Positions 49,183-62,069 of a DNA stretch of 64,000 nucleotides are shown one piece after another. The stretch is taken from assembly GCA_964188305.1 (NCBI GenBank), contig OZ076886.1, one strand, 5' to 3'. The notes below the pieces were generated by a model, which was not told the DNA's origin, searched no databases, and saw nothing but the letters and a program-made list of their open reading frames with translations. Each line of letters opens with the position of its first letter. Within the stretch, counting starts at the first letter, position 1. Source of the stretch: Podarcis bocagei (taxonomy: Eukaryota). The translations under genes were made by a program, and so were the position numbers.

Positions 49183-49204
49183 AGGATGCTGGGAGTTGTA
49201 GTCC
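49183..49204 (-). promoter_or_regulatory. ZNF143/THAP11-type SBS motif GGACTACAACTCCCAGCATCCT
   Basis: Close match to the ACTACAnnTCCCA(G/A)nATGC promoter motif, next to a CCAAT box at the upstream edge of the CpG island. Confidence 0.7.
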
Positions 49205-50055
49205 GGGGCTTGATTGGGTCGCTGCGGTTTTCGGGCGGGTAGAGCTTTCCTTCCAAGCGATTCCCAGGTATCAGCACAGAGATCACTGCCGCCTAACCTA
49301 CCTCACAGGACTGTTGTGGGGGTAGCAGGGGGAGAGCGGGAAGCATGAGACCCCCCCGGTACAGGGTGGTATATATATTCAATAAACAATAATAATAATA
49401 ATAATAATGTACGCCGCCTTGAGCTCCTTGGAAGAAAAGGTGAGCTACAGAGGCAATAAAGAAAGAGACGCATAAAACGTAAGCACCTTGATATTGTGCT
49501 CCTTTCTCTACCTTGCTGGGAGGGGAAGAGTGGCTTGTCTATAACACCATCCACTCCAACCAGATGTCCTTTAGATCTTGTTAGATCACAGCTCCCAGTA
49601 TCACTCAGCATTGGCCATGTTGGCTGAGACTGGTGGGAAGTGGAGGACCAAATCGTCCTGGAGGGTCACTTGGAGCGCAAAACATATGATGTTTCCTGGG
49701 AAGAAAGCAGCACTGGATTTATCACTCTGCAGGTGGTTCCCCTGCACCAGGTGCTGAGCTGAGGGGGCGCAAAATGGAGAAGATCCATTTGGGGGGTGCC
49801 AGATTTTGGGCTCTCTCGGGGCACCATATTATCAAAGATTACCAAAGTCCGCCCCTGAAGGAAGCCCCAATGAATTAAAGGGGGCTCATTTGGAATAAGA
49901 GGGCAGCCTTTGAGAGCGACTGGAAGTTTTCAATCAAGGGTGTTCCCATTTGTTGACTTATTTGCAACAGTCGCACAACTCCACTTATTGTTAGCCACTA
50001 TGTTGCACCAAGTATTCAAAAGTTCTGTGGGCTCATAGGAACGCCAATCCTACTA

Positions 50056-50423
50056 CAGTTGTACCTCAGCTTAAGAACTTAATTCGTTCTGGAGGTCCAT
50101 TCTTAACCTGAAACTGTTCTTAACCTGAAGCACCACTTTAGCTAATGGGGCCTCCTGCTGCCGCCACGCTGCTGCTGCGCGATTTCTGTTCTCATCCTGA
50201 AGCAAAGTTCTTAAGGCAGTGGCGTAGCGTGGGGGGTGCAGGGGGGGCGGCCGCACCGGGCGCAACTTCTGGGGGTTAGGGGGCGCAAATCCATGGGTTA
50301 GGGGTGCAAATTACTTGCCTTGCCCCGGGTGCTGACAACCCACGCTACGCCACCGACCCAAGGTACTATTTCTGGGTTAGCAGAATCTGTAACCTGAAGC
50401 GTCTGTAACCCAAGGTACCACTG
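50056..50423 (+). mobile_element. pogo/Tigger-like MITE interrupted by a hAT MITE
   Basis: TA TSD and family sequence, split at 50217-50355. Confidence 0.88.
50217..50355 (-). mobile_element. hAT-type MITE (same family), nested
   Basis: Reverse complement of the 46000 family; right flank ACCCAAGG, left flank AGG only. Confidence 0.88.
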
Positions 50424-51635
50424 TATTCTGATCACAATATGTTTGTGCTGAACAATATATCTGTTATAAGTCCCACGGGTGTTGGGGTGGGGAAGCACTT
50501 CATGAAGACTGCATGGGAGGCCTGTTTCCATCTGGGTCTCAAATGGCCTTGTTTCTGGAGCCAGCCCAAGTGGTAACTTGGGGGAAAGCAAAAACATTTA
50601 ATCAAGCAATGGATATTATGATCAGCATCTTATTTGCAGCTGCTTGGGGTGCCTCAAATATAAACATTTAAATGTTGTTTTTATGTCATTCCACACTTTA
50701 AAAAATAATGAAGTGGTGTACAACGCAATGGAAAAATTTAAAATAAAACCAATACCTTTCCAGTACAACCATAAAACTAGCAAATCCTAAGCAAGCAGAT
50801 TAAGAGCAAGCTGGTATTAATATCCTAACAAAGCAGGCCTGGCCTGGCCTAATCCTTTGTCCAGTTGAGAGATGAGAGCCATACACTGTGAGCTTGTTCG
50901 CATCTTCCCCTTTGAAGATGAGATTAGATACCATTTTGTCAAATACAAAATCCACTTTGAATGTAAGAGAGTTATTTATACGTTTCATCAATCTTCTCAC
51001 ATGAAGATGTCTCAAAGCACTTACAAATCCATGAAAACCAAAACACCTTGATATTCAAAACCAAAATGCATCAAATAAAAATACAATAAAACAAAACCCC
51101 TAAAAGTGCTCATCCACTAGTAATGGATGAATCCTACCAAACCTCTCCTCTCCTCCAGACTTGAAGATGAACTCCCAAAACCAGGCCAGATATCACAGAG
51201 TATGTAACCAATTACCATGTTCAAGCATGTTCAGGCCCGAGTCCCTGTCAGAGAGAAAGGCAGGGTATAAATAAATATATACCGGTAATGTAATAACATT
51301 CACTTGTTCACATAAATGAAGAGGGTATTTTTCTCTCCAATTAATTTTTGTACCCGCAAAAGCTACATTTCAGTGGCTGTGAACGGTTTTCTTATTATAC
51401 TACAGGACATTTCACTTTCCTGGGCTTGCTGCAATCCAAACCAGCATGAACAAAGCCACTGCTGCACCTCAGCACCACTGCTCACACCAGCCAGGTTGAA
51501 AGGAAGGGTGTGGCGGGGGGGGGGGGGGGGAAACACCCCTTGCTGTGCCAGATCCCAGGGTGGTTCAGTGATGTTGCTGTCACATGATGGGAGGAGGGCT
51601 GGCTCAGGAGCCAGCTCTGCTCTCACCATCTCCAT

Positions 51636-51807
51636 CAGTGGTGTAGCGTGGGTTGTCAGCACCCGGGGCAAGGCAAGTAATTTGCGCCCCCTAACCTGTG
51701 GATTTGCGCCCCCTAACCCGTGGATTTGCGCCCCCTAATCCTAACCCCCAGATGTTGCACCCAGTGCGGCCAGCCCCCCCCCTGCACCCCCCCACGCTAC
51801 ACCACTG
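51636..51807 (+). mobile_element. hAT-type MITE (same family)
   Basis: Perfect 8-bp TSD ATCTCCAT; both TIRs read CAGTGGTGTAGCGTGGG. Confidence 0.92.
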
Positions 51808-51989
51808 ATCTCCATTTCCAGTGGGGATGCTGCCAGCAGTGGCTTCCATTTGAGGATGTACAACTGCAGTGCTCCTCACCAGCAGAGCCAGGCAGGTCTG
51901 GCTAAACCCCCTTCAGTATGATGGATTGTGTTTGTGTGTGCAGATGGCTCTGTTAGGCAGGGCAAAAGTTGGCACTGATGTTCCTTCGA

Positions 51990-52220
51990 TACTACTACTA
52001 CTACTAATAATAATAATTTATTAGTTATACTCTGCCCATCTGGCTGGGTTTCCCCAGCCACTCTGGGCAGCTTCCAACAGAATATTAAAATACAATAATC
52101 TATTAAACATTAAAAGCTTCCCTAAACAGGGCTGCCTTCAGTCTGGTAGTTGTTTTTCTCTTTGACATCTGGTGGGAGGGCATTCCACAGGGCAGGTGCC
52201 ACTACCGAGAAGGCCCTCCT
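51990..52220 (-). mobile_element. L2-clade LINE 3' fragment
   Basis: Reverse complement of 35930-36155. Confidence 0.85.
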
Positions 52221-52579
52221 TTCTTACAATAATAGGAAAGAAAGACCTGTTATGCACTATGACTGAGGGTTAGAGGCTATGCAAGATCATGCACTAATCT
52301 TTTCTGGATACTTACTGTCCTTATAATTTTCAAGTGAGCAAGACCAGAGATGTGGCACTCATCTCAAAAACCAATTAAGAAAATTCAGGGAATTCAGGGT
52401 TTGGAAATCAGATATAATTCAGTTTGGGAGATGGAAGATGTAGACAGGGAGATTCGTTTTTAAAATAAGCCCTGTCTTCACTACTACAAAAGGAAGATCT
52501 GTTGAAGAAGTTTCTGTGAGGCTTTTTCTTATGGGACCAGATTAGTCACTTACACAGTGGTTTACATCAAAAGGAGAAG

Positions 52580-52982
52580 CAGGGACGTCTTTAGCAGATG
52601 CGGCACCGGGGTGCAAATATCCGCCCAGCGCCCCCCCAATTACCACAGATAGTGTTGGGGTGGCCTTAGCTGCGCAGTGCCAGCCATCGGGGGGGGTGCA
52701 ACTCTCCCTCATGCCGCTGCGGGAGAGCAATCCCCACAGAGGCTTGGGAATGAAGTTGTGCCCCTTCCAAGCCTCCTTGGGAGGAGAGTGATCCCTGCAG
52801 AGGCTTGGGAGGGAAGCTGCAAGACCGCCAGCCTTATGATTGGTGAGGCGCAGCTGGCAGGCATGCAGAGCAAGGGTAGGCCGCCGGCAAAGCCACACAG
52901 TTTCCCCACTTGCTGGGGTGCCCCTGAGAGGCCGGCGCCCTGGCGTGACGCACCACTAAGCCCTATGGGAAAGACGGCTCTG
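52580..52982. mobile_element. hAT-type non-autonomous element, GC-rich
   Basis: CAGGGACGTCTTT...AAAGACGGCTCTG, perfect 8-bp TSD AGGAGAAG. Confidence 0.85.
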
Positions 52983-54363
52983 AGGAGAAGCATGAATCAC
53001 TGCACCATAGAAAGCAGAGCATTCCAAGCATGGCACCCTGTCAAGGAGATCACTTGGTAAAGATGGTTACGACGCAATGTTGATATTGACTGATAAGTGT
53101 AGAGAGCATACAAATAATGGAAACGTTTGCTTCTGTGAAGTTAGGTATCTGTAAAGCAAATATGTTTGTGTTGTGAGGTACTTGTTTTCACAAACTATTA
53201 TTACACAGGCATCTAAACATTTACCATGACAGACTCTCACTCAGTCACTTTGGTGTAGAGTTACACTGAGGCTTTTCTTTGCAAACAGGCAGCTTTAGAT
53301 ACCTGGCCAATGTGCAACAGGTAGGGCTTGCCCCACTGTGTTTTCCAACTCATACAATTGGAAGGAATCCTGAATGCCATCTCGTCCAACCCTCTGCTCC
53401 ACATGTAAATTGCAGGAGAGGATAAGGACATGAGAAGAACATGAGACAAAAGTCTATCTAGTTAGGGTGGTCATGTATCATTTTTTACGGAGCAATGTCC
53501 TGCACCTGAAGAACTGCCAGAGGATAGTCAGCCCTCAGTTTGAAGGCTTGCCTGGTCTAAGCTCAGATTGCAGATTAAAAAAAAAACTCACAAGGAGGGA
53601 GAGGAGGACCTTTCAGAGTTGCCCGTCGACGGGTAGCAACCTGGACAATGTTCAGGTCATCTAGTCACAGTCCAGGAGCGAAATGAGGCTTTATTTCACC
53701 CACGTCAAAGACCCAGTTTGGCACAAACACCCCATGTGCATTTGTGTACAATTGGGGTAAAAAACATGGCTAGCCTCCCCCCCCCCCCCCCGCTCTGTAG
53801 CTACGGCTCTCCACAGGCTTCCCAACTATAGTAAGATGCATTGCATTTCTATCAACATTGTTGTCGTTGTTTCTAAATGTGCATTCCCTACATACAAATT
53901 AACCCCTTTATGCAGACCTGCATCATACTTTTTCCTCTCTTTTGGTGATGCTTTGGCAAGGTTCAGTTCAGCACTCTTTCCCAACAGGAGCCCTCGCTCG
54001 CTCGTGTTCCCCAGCAGCTGGTATTCAGAGAGGCCTCTTATGCTGGAGACAGTGCACAGCCATCATGACTAGTAACCATGGATGGACTTATCCGCCATGA
54101 ATTTGTCTAATCCTCTTTTAAATGAAGCAGCTACAGCATCTGTGGCAGATGGCCATGCAGCCTCTCCTTGAATACCTCCAGCCAAGGAAAGCTCCCCACC
54201 TTTTGGGGAAGCCGCCTGTCCCGCTGCTGAACAGCTTGTTCTGTGAGGATGTTTCTCTTAACGTTTAGCTGAAATCTACTCCCCTGAAATTTCCAGCTGT
54301 TCCCCCCCCCCTAGCCCTAGAGGACAAATTCTGTTCCATCTTCTGAGTGTCATCCTTTTAGAT

Positions 54364-54728
54364 CAGGAGTCACCAACCTTTTTGAAACATTTTGTGGTCA
54401 CATTTCAAATTTTGAGATAGTGCTGGGCGTGCCAGCCACAAAATGGCTGCCACAGGGAGTATGGCATAACATAAAATAGAGCAACAGCCACCTGCAACAA
54501 TTTTATGTTTATCATGCCAGCATTACACACACAGAAACACACACACGCACGTGGCCACATCACACTCACTCCTGCACATTTTGTCGCATAATGTTCTTTC
54601 TAGAAGGGCTAGAGAGGTTCTTATTTTTTTAAGTAGAAAACTCAGAGGCCAGGGCATCTGTCTGGGGGCACGAAAGAAAGCCTTCAAAGGTGCTATGGTG
54701 CCCGTGGGCACCATGCTGACAACCCCTG
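54364..54728. mobile_element. hAT (Charlie-like) non-autonomous element
   Basis: CAGGAGTCACCAAC...GCTGACAACCCCTG, perfect 8-bp TSD TTTTAGAT. Confidence 0.82.
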
Positions 54729-54914
54729 TTTTAGATATTTGAAGACTGATGTCCCTTAATCATATCCAAGATGGCTTCCAAATCCTGAACTATCCTGGCC
54801 AACCTTTTTTTTCTCATAGCCACACAGTTGGAGCCAATTGGGTCAGATAGTTAAGGGATATGTCTCTTGAATTCTAAGGCAAAACAAAAAATCCTCGTGG
54901 TGAACACAAAAATG

Positions 54915-54959
<45 letters not shown>
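54915..54959. repeat. (CA)n(GA)n compound microsatellite
   Basis: Direct reading. Confidence 0.95.
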
Positions 54960-54962
<3 letters not shown>

Positions 54963-55729
54963 GTCTCTCACTATGCTTAGCTTAAACTGCATCACTCAGA
55001 AATGGTAAGTGACAGAACCAGGCACCTCTACCATAACCTGAAGACTCAGGAAAGTGAGGAGTTTATGTTTTCAATGATCTCTTCCCATTCTGCTATGGAA
55101 CAGTTGCTTGGCGCTGGGTGAGTTGTGGGATCCCAGAGGGCAGAATAACTTTGGAAGGGGGTTGTGGAAGTTCAAAACATCTGAGAAACACTGCAGCGCA
55201 CATCACGGGATCTGTCCATGAGTGGCTATAAAGCTGCCCTCAGAGAAGGAGAGCGAGTCCTTGGCAGGCAAACAATGTGTGACTGTCCAGAGAAGATTCG
55301 TCCCTGTTCATCTCTCCATGAGTATCACCAAGAGCCTTTCATGGCTTATAATACAAACAGTTTCGGAGGCTTCTGAAGTGGAGATAACATTTGCATTGGA
55401 TTTCACCCATTTGCATCTTCTCTCCAAAGTCTTAATATTGGCTCAGTCGGCACACATTAATTCTGTGTTTTGCTTTTTAATGGGTCTGAGACTGCATAGT
55501 AACATTTGACTTAAATGTCTGTGAGTAGCCCAAACCAGAGACATTTTCTCTCTTTTTAACCCAAGGCAGCCATTAAGGCTGCAATCTCCAATGGGTGCCT
55601 GCTTGGTCCATATTTGTATGCGCAGGTAGAAACACATTAATCCTTTCTTTTGCTTCCTGCTGGCTTCCCACTGTTAAATCCCTACCTCAGATTTAGGCAC
55701 AACCAGTAACAATACCCGCCCCCCCTCCC

Positions 55730-57240
55730 ATTTAAAAGGCCATAGATAGTTTAATTAGTCAAAGGCCTGGGAAAAGAATGTTTTGGACTGGTGCCTACAG
55801 ATATGTAACAAATACAGAGGTAAGCTTCCCTGGGGAGATCATTCCACAAACAGGGAGCCACCACAGAAAAGGCCCGTTCTCGTGTTGCCACCTTCCGGAC
55901 CTCTCAAGGACTCACACAAAGAATTTGCAGAAACAAAGAAAGAATATTGACTCGATGGTAGGATTTAAATAAACATTCACAATTTTATGGATAGGGAACA
56001 AATATTATAACAAAGTGAAAATATGATATATTGTAAAAAAAACAGCAAAATACAACGGAGAGGATAACAAATCAGAAATGGAAGTTGAGGGAAGTCAAAA
56101 GAGAGGCAGGGGGATATGTTATACAAACTGTATGTTATGGATAGAGTATATTTGTGATGAGAAAAAAGAAAATTATAAAAATTATATTAAAAAAGGACTC
56201 TCACAAAGAAGGGCCTCAGATGATGACTGCAGGGTCCAGGTCAGTTCATATGGGGAAAGGCAGTCCTTGAGGTCTTGCAGCACTTTGAATTGGGCCTGGA
56301 AATTAATTGGTAGCCAGTTGGACTAGGATTGGTGTGAAATGCTCAAACCATCTTGCCCCCAGTGAGCAACCTGGCTGCTAAATTCTGCACCAGCTAAAGT
56401 TTCTGAAACATCTTCAAAGGCAGCCCCACATATAACCAATAATCTAACCCAGTAGTTACCAGAGCATTCCTATCTGGATTGAGCTTCAGTTTGTTGGCTC
56501 TTATCCAGTCCATTACCGAGGCAAGACAACAGTCTAGCCCACCCACTGCCTCACCTGCAGATGTAAAGGAGAAGTAGAGCTATGTGTCATCAGCATATTG
56601 CTGACAGTGTGTACTCCAAAATGTTGCATGACCCCACTCATGCAGTTAAACAGCATGGGGGATAAAACAAAACTCTGAGGAACCCCACAGTGAAGAGTCA
56701 AAGAGCACTTACCAAGCATCAGCCTCTGGAAATGACTGTCCAAGTAGGACCAGAACCACCGCAAAGTGGTGCTGCCCTCTCCTAATTCTGACAGCCACTC
56801 CAGGATACCATGATCAATGGTATTGAAAGCCACTGAGGGGTTGAGGAGACAGGGACACATTTCCCCTGTGTCCCTCCCAAAAGAGGTCACCATACCAGAG
56901 TGACCAAAGCAGTTTCTGTGTCAAAAACAGGCCTAAACCCCAATTAAAATGAATCTAAAACATCTGTTTCCTCCAAGAGCACCTTGATTTGGACCATGGC
57001 TCAAGAATCTTGCCCAAGAAGGGGAGGCTGGCACCTGGCCAGTAATGACTGAGATTTTCCAAATCCAGGGAGGGTTTCTTGAGGAGTGGTTTTACCACTG
57101 CCTCCTTCAAGCAGAATGAACTCTGGTGAACCACAGCAACTCCCCCTGCCCTGCCCTCTAGCCTCGCTTGATGCTGCATGGAGTACCCAGTAGGGCAGAC
57201 CTGAGTATCTCCCCCACCCAGGTCTTGGTGATGACCTGAC
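55730..57240 (-). mobile_element. Decayed L2-clade LINE (RT region), interrupted by an L1 tail
   Basis: Broken frames with LKEAVVKPLLKKPSLD, AFNTIDHGIL, CGVPQSFVLSPMLFN. Confidence 0.82.
55924..56192 (+). mobile_element. L1-type 3' UTR fragment inserted into L2
   Basis: A-rich segment ending ATAAAAATTATATTAAAAAA, flanked by an 18-bp TSD AAGGACTC(A/T)CACAAAGAA with one mismatch. Confidence 0.72.
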
Positions 57241-58693
57241 ATTTATAGTAGTAGCATCACCACCATGCTATGGGGCCTTGTGGAAGAACAACCAACCATA
57301 CCATAGGACTGCAGGGAGTTGGAGGCAGGCATCAGATACAACCACCTGTTGCTCCATCTCTGCTTCTCCCCTTGATCACTTCGGTGCTAGATAACTGCCA
57401 TTATCCCAGCTCATGTAAAAACAGGTGTGGGGAGGAACAACTTGGGATTTAAGATAGCTAGTTTGAACCATTTCTTACTGCCACCACTGCATTCAGAACT
57501 CAACCAAGACACAGATGCAAGCCCGAAACATTTTCCCCTGGGTTGTATTTGAATTAAGATAGCAGAAGCTGCCACCAGCTTCCAAGATTGCAGCAGCACT
57601 TCCACAAGCTCCTTTGATCACAGCAGTGCCTGTTATCTGTTGCTAGCTGTATCTGTGTGCAGGTCTGTTCATGTTGCCATTTCCCCACATGATCCTGTAT
57701 CCAGGAACAGTCAGGGTGACCCGTGAAGTGTAGTAAAAAGCTGCTTATTTCTCCCACTTATGTCCTGAAAGGTAACCTATATTCCAAGCAACTTACATAA
57801 AGAACTCCAGCACATTCTGACTCAGCTATGCGGGCATGTTCAACGTAAGGCAAATTTCTCTGTATACATTTAAGGTCTGCTGTTTACAATTTGCATACCA
57901 GGCAGCCCTTCCACAGATGTTTGTGTTTTCTATTCTTTGTCCAGCAAATTTAAACAATCTTAAATATGAGCTGGGCTTTGCACAGGGAAGCAGTTTACCA
58001 TGCAGTATTGCCACCCTGGTCCAGCTGCAATGAAGCTTGGGAAGCAGAGTTGATTCCACTCTTGTCCCATAATACCAGGTTCACCCTCTTACTTCTAGGC
58101 TTTCAAGCACAGACTTTTAACTGATTATTACTTGGCTTCTGGCTAAGTTGAAAAATCTCACATCAGTTACAAGAATTGTGGGATGGGTTTTAAAGGGTAG
58201 TAGAGAATGTATTAATTGCAATTTATCGCTTCAGGCTCCTGTATGTGTGGGTTGAACAGAGTTTTAAAAATCCCATCCTTGACAGCAAAATTAAAAGCAT
58301 AGGAACTAGGCTGCAAAGCCTCCATTTGAGCAAGTCTAGCTACAAAGTAAGCTGCTTTCCCCAGTGCTGGATTTATATATAAGCTAAACATGCTATAGCT
58401 TAGGGCCCCACTCTCTTGGCCCCCCTCAAAAAAATTTCACTATTAATATACTTTTTCTTAATTGTATTTCAGTTCAACAATTACTTTGATAAAATACATA
58501 TTTTGTTATGTGCAAATGGCTTTAGATACCTATTAGGTCTATAAATACAGCACAGGAGTCAGTAAAATTTTAAAGCCGTGGGCCGGTCCACTGTCCCTCA
58601 GACTTTGTGGCAGGCCAGAGAAGTGGCATCAGAAGGGGGGGGGCTGGAAAAAGAGGCGAGGGGGGGCAAGTAGTCCTCCTCCCCACTCCAGCC

Positions 58694-58985
58694 GTTTGTC
58701 ATTGCTTTTCTCCCAAGAAGCAGGCGTCTTTTAATTTCGCAGCTGCTGTCACCATCTGCAGTGATCATGGAGCCCAAGAAAGTAAAATCTCTTACTGCCT
58801 CCATTTCTTCCCCTTCTATTTGCCAAGAGGTGATGGGACCAGTGGGACCATGATCTTAGTTTTTTTGATGTTGAGTTTCAGACCACGTTTTGCTCTCTCC
58901 TCTTTCACCCTCATTAAGAGGTTATTTAATTCCTCTTCACTTTCTGCCATCAAAGTTGTATCATCTGCATATCTGAGGTTGTTAA
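58694..58985 (-). mobile_element. BovB/RTE RT-domain fragment
   Basis: Minus strand encodes NNLRYADDTTLMAESEEEL...GLKLNIKKTKIM and DFTFLGSMITADGDSSCEIKRRLLLGRKAMTN. Confidence 0.9.
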
Positions 58986-59038
58986 CAAATAAACTACTGC
59001 CCCCCCAAAAAAAAACGGGGGGGGGGGAGAGGAAGATT

Positions 59039-59423
59039 GCTGAAGAATTGATGCTTTTGAATTATGGTGCTGGAGGAGACTCTTGAGAGTCCCATGGACT
59101 GCAAGAAGATCAAACTGATCCATTCTTAAGGAAATCAGCCCTGAGTGCTCACTGGAAGGACAGATCATGAAGCTGAGGCTCCAATACTTTGCCCACCTCA
59201 TGAGAAGAGAAGACTCCCTGGAAAAGACCCTGATGCTGGGAAAGACGGAGGGCACAAGGAGAAGGGGACGACAGAGGATGAGATGGTTGGACAGTGTTCT
59301 CGAAGCTACCAGCATGAGTTTGACCAAACTGCGGGAGGCAGTGGAAGACAGGAGTGCCTGGTGTGCTCTGGTCCATGGGGTCATGAAGAGTCGGACACGA
59401 CTAAACGACTAAACAACAACAAC
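59039..59423 (+). mobile_element. BovB/RTE LINE 3' end
   Basis: RIDAFELWCWRRLL...SRTRLND*, (CAA)n tail; highly similar to the 26963 copy. Confidence 0.92.
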
Positions 59424-61223
59424 TGCCCAACAAACCTAGACCTAGATCATGTCTAACTTCAAGTGTAACTCCCCTTTTAAAAAAATTGAGCAAAAAGATT
59501 ATTCTACAACACTAAGATTTTTTTTTAATTGGTTCTTGATTTGTATCCAGCTCTTTGCTCAGAGAATGCCTTTTATCTGTGGATGCCCCCCGTCTCCCCA
59601 CAATCTCTTGATTGTTTATCCATTGAAATGTTACTGCGTCTTTCACCCTAAGAATGGAGAAGCTGTTTTGCCTGCACATAGCACACCCTTTGTTTCAAAG
59701 GAAAATATGAATGAGGAAATTCGATAGCACTGGCTTTCATGGTTCTGTTTGTTGTACAATGCAAGATTGCATTCCAGGAGCAGATTCACTTGGTCAGAAC
59801 AGTTTAAAAATATCACCATTTCTCACAATGGAGGGTTAGCTCACTACCGTTCAGCTATGAAGCATGACTTTCTCTTCACATTGTTCATTCTCCTATTTTT
59901 CCGGCTCATTCAGCATTGCTGCTCTTTCTCTCCACCTGTATTGCAACATGATGCCACACCTTATTTACAACAGTGAAGTCTGGCTGTCACTTAAATTGCT
60001 TTTAACCATAAGTTTGGTTGGGAAGGAACATCTGGGTGGAAATCTGTTTGCGTTAGGAGTTAAATCACTCAGCAGAAGTTGAATTTCATGCTGAATCCTG
60101 GTTGGAGAAGCACAGTTTACCCTGCATATAACCACACTGAGATTCTGAGTTTAGAAGAAATAAGAAAGCTATGTTTATTATGGGAATACACGTCTGACTG
60201 GAAAGGTCCTAGTTCTATTTAACTAAGGTGGAGATGCCTTGAGCCATGTTTGCTCTTGCATCTCAACAGGAAAGACACAAAAGATATGTCCTCTCCCAAG
60301 ATGAGAACGAAGAAGGAAGGAGGAAATGAAGTCAGCAACCCTAAGAGTATCAGTCTAGTACCTGAGGGCAGGTCAGCACAAGTTTGGTCAGAAAGGGCAT
60401 TCTAGGAAACTTGTCCCTGTAGTCTACTTAACTGAGCTTAAAAATGTGTAGTTGAAACACAAGCACATTCCACCCTTAATTCTCCCTGCCTTCATTTCTC
60501 TCCCCCAATATATGAATTTTAGATTGTTAGCACCTCAGGACAAGAGTCTTGTCCTTTCAGACTTTTTAAATTGCTGTGTGTGGTGCAGCAATAATAATTT
60601 ACCAGTGCCTAAATCAAGATAATTACCATAATATGGAATCCTTGTCTCTATTCTCCCTCTCTCTCTTCTTCTCCAGTGCAAGGCACATATTAGTTTAAGA
60701 TTGGGACAGTTTGTGCACAACCGAAAAGCAGCAGCCACAACAAACACCCTCTAACCAAATGCAGCTCTGCACTCATAATTCCCCACCCCTAAGGTCATTT
60801 GATCCTTAGATGAATACAAAAATTTCTACCTAGTAGATGCTATTCATTGAGCTACTTTCTGCTGTAATGTCCATAGTCAGAGTAATGCTGGCCTTCTGCT
60901 TAGACTTTAAAGGAAACACATTGGCACTAACAGGCTCCTGAGAGATGGTACAGACTCAGGAACTTGCTTGTGGGACTCAGTACTGTCTCAACAATATTTG
61001 TGTTAATAATAATTGTTTTGGGTAGATTTGAGTCAGCACCCTTGGGCTCACAGAAGGGCTTTTGATCCAGTGAAAGCTAATGAAAGGGGAAAAGTGGGTG
61101 ATTTTTACCAACTGCTGCTCTGCCACCCCCCCTCCCTCCAGAACAAGGCAGAAGGTGGCATGGGGACTATGGAAGGAAGCATGTTTCAATAAAAACACTC
61201 TGCCTTCCTTTTGAGGGCTACAG

Positions 61224-61395
61224 GCCATAGCTCAGTGTTAGAACATCTGTTTTGCATGCAGAAGGCCCCAGAGTCAATTTGCGGCATCTCCAGATACAGT
61301 TGTGAAAGGAGACCTACTGCCAGTCAGTGTAGGCAATGATGAGTGATTTGGGTCACTGGTCCAAGTTCATATAAGGCAGTTTCGCACCTTCCTTT
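61224..61395 (+). mobile_element. Old tRNA-derived SINE (related copies at about 3470-3670, 24280-24400 and 20057-20240 minus)
   Basis: A-box TAGCTCAGTG(G/T)TAGA followed by a shared body ending in ATAAGGCAG(C/T)TT; no intact cloverleaf. Confidence 0.65.
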
Positions 61396-61844
61396 TCTGT
61401 TAACATAGATACCTCCGCTGGCCTCAAAGATCTTCCACGCACACCACCAGGACACCACTGGGATTCCATCCAATGGTTTTGTAGGTTTTGTTTGCTGAAG
61501 GTGTAAGTTACAAATTGAGTGAAGAAACGAAGAGTTACAGATGCTGAAGGCAAACACAGTGGGTGGTTTTCTAAGAGGTAGGTGCTCTAAATATAATGAT
61601 GTGTCAAGTTAGGCATGCCTTGACAGTTTTACAAAATTAATTCACCAAGGAACCAGTAAAAACTTATTTAGTTGAGGTCTGGTGATGGGAAACACACATT
61701 ACCCTAAGAATTCATGATTTAAATTATGTTTTAACATTTGGGTTAGACCAGGGAAGTTTTGTAATGTTTAATGTTTCATTGTTTTTGTGTATTCTGGAAG
61801 CCACCCAGAGTGGCTGCGGCAACTCAGTCAGATGAGTGGGGTAC

Positions 61845-61845
<1 letters not shown>

Positions 61846-61890
<45 letters not shown>
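61846..61890. repeat. (GTT)n microsatellite at the end of an L2-type tail (about 61735-61845)
   Basis: Direct reading; upstream sequence matches the 36060-36140 tail. Confidence 0.9.
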
Positions 61891-62069
61891 ACCAGATTAC
61901 ATTCATCCTGATGATACAAACATCCTTTAAAAATTATATAATATAGTGTTGTTTATAATGTTAAAGGATTTGCTATCAGATTTCTGTGAATAGGGCTACT
62001 GGCTGGAATCTTGGACTTGACAAAGAAGTGTTAGTAGCCCAGGATTTTCAGGTGTCTCTCCATAGAAGC

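Larger units (their letters stand above)
48400..49250 (-). promoter_or_regulatory. SEPTIN8: CpG-island promoter / 5' UTR of SEPTIN8
   Basis: Very GC- and CpG-rich unique sequence around exon 1, with GC boxes, CCAAT boxes (about 48955 and 49213) and an ETS-like CACTTCCTG (about 48965). Confidence 0.85.

Noticed and set aside
47876-49325. Several 100-200 aa ORFs around the promoter
   Set aside because: Expected in a CpG island; no recognisable domains. Only 48799-48828 is coding.
49708-49857. Possible further hAT MITE
   Set aside because: TIR and TSD both degenerate and boundaries ambiguous. The partial elements at about 27620 and 58362-58620 were left out for the same reason.
60085-60475. 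Possible second solo LTR on the minus strand
   Set aside because: LTR-like composition but no clean TG...CA termini or TSD could be identified.
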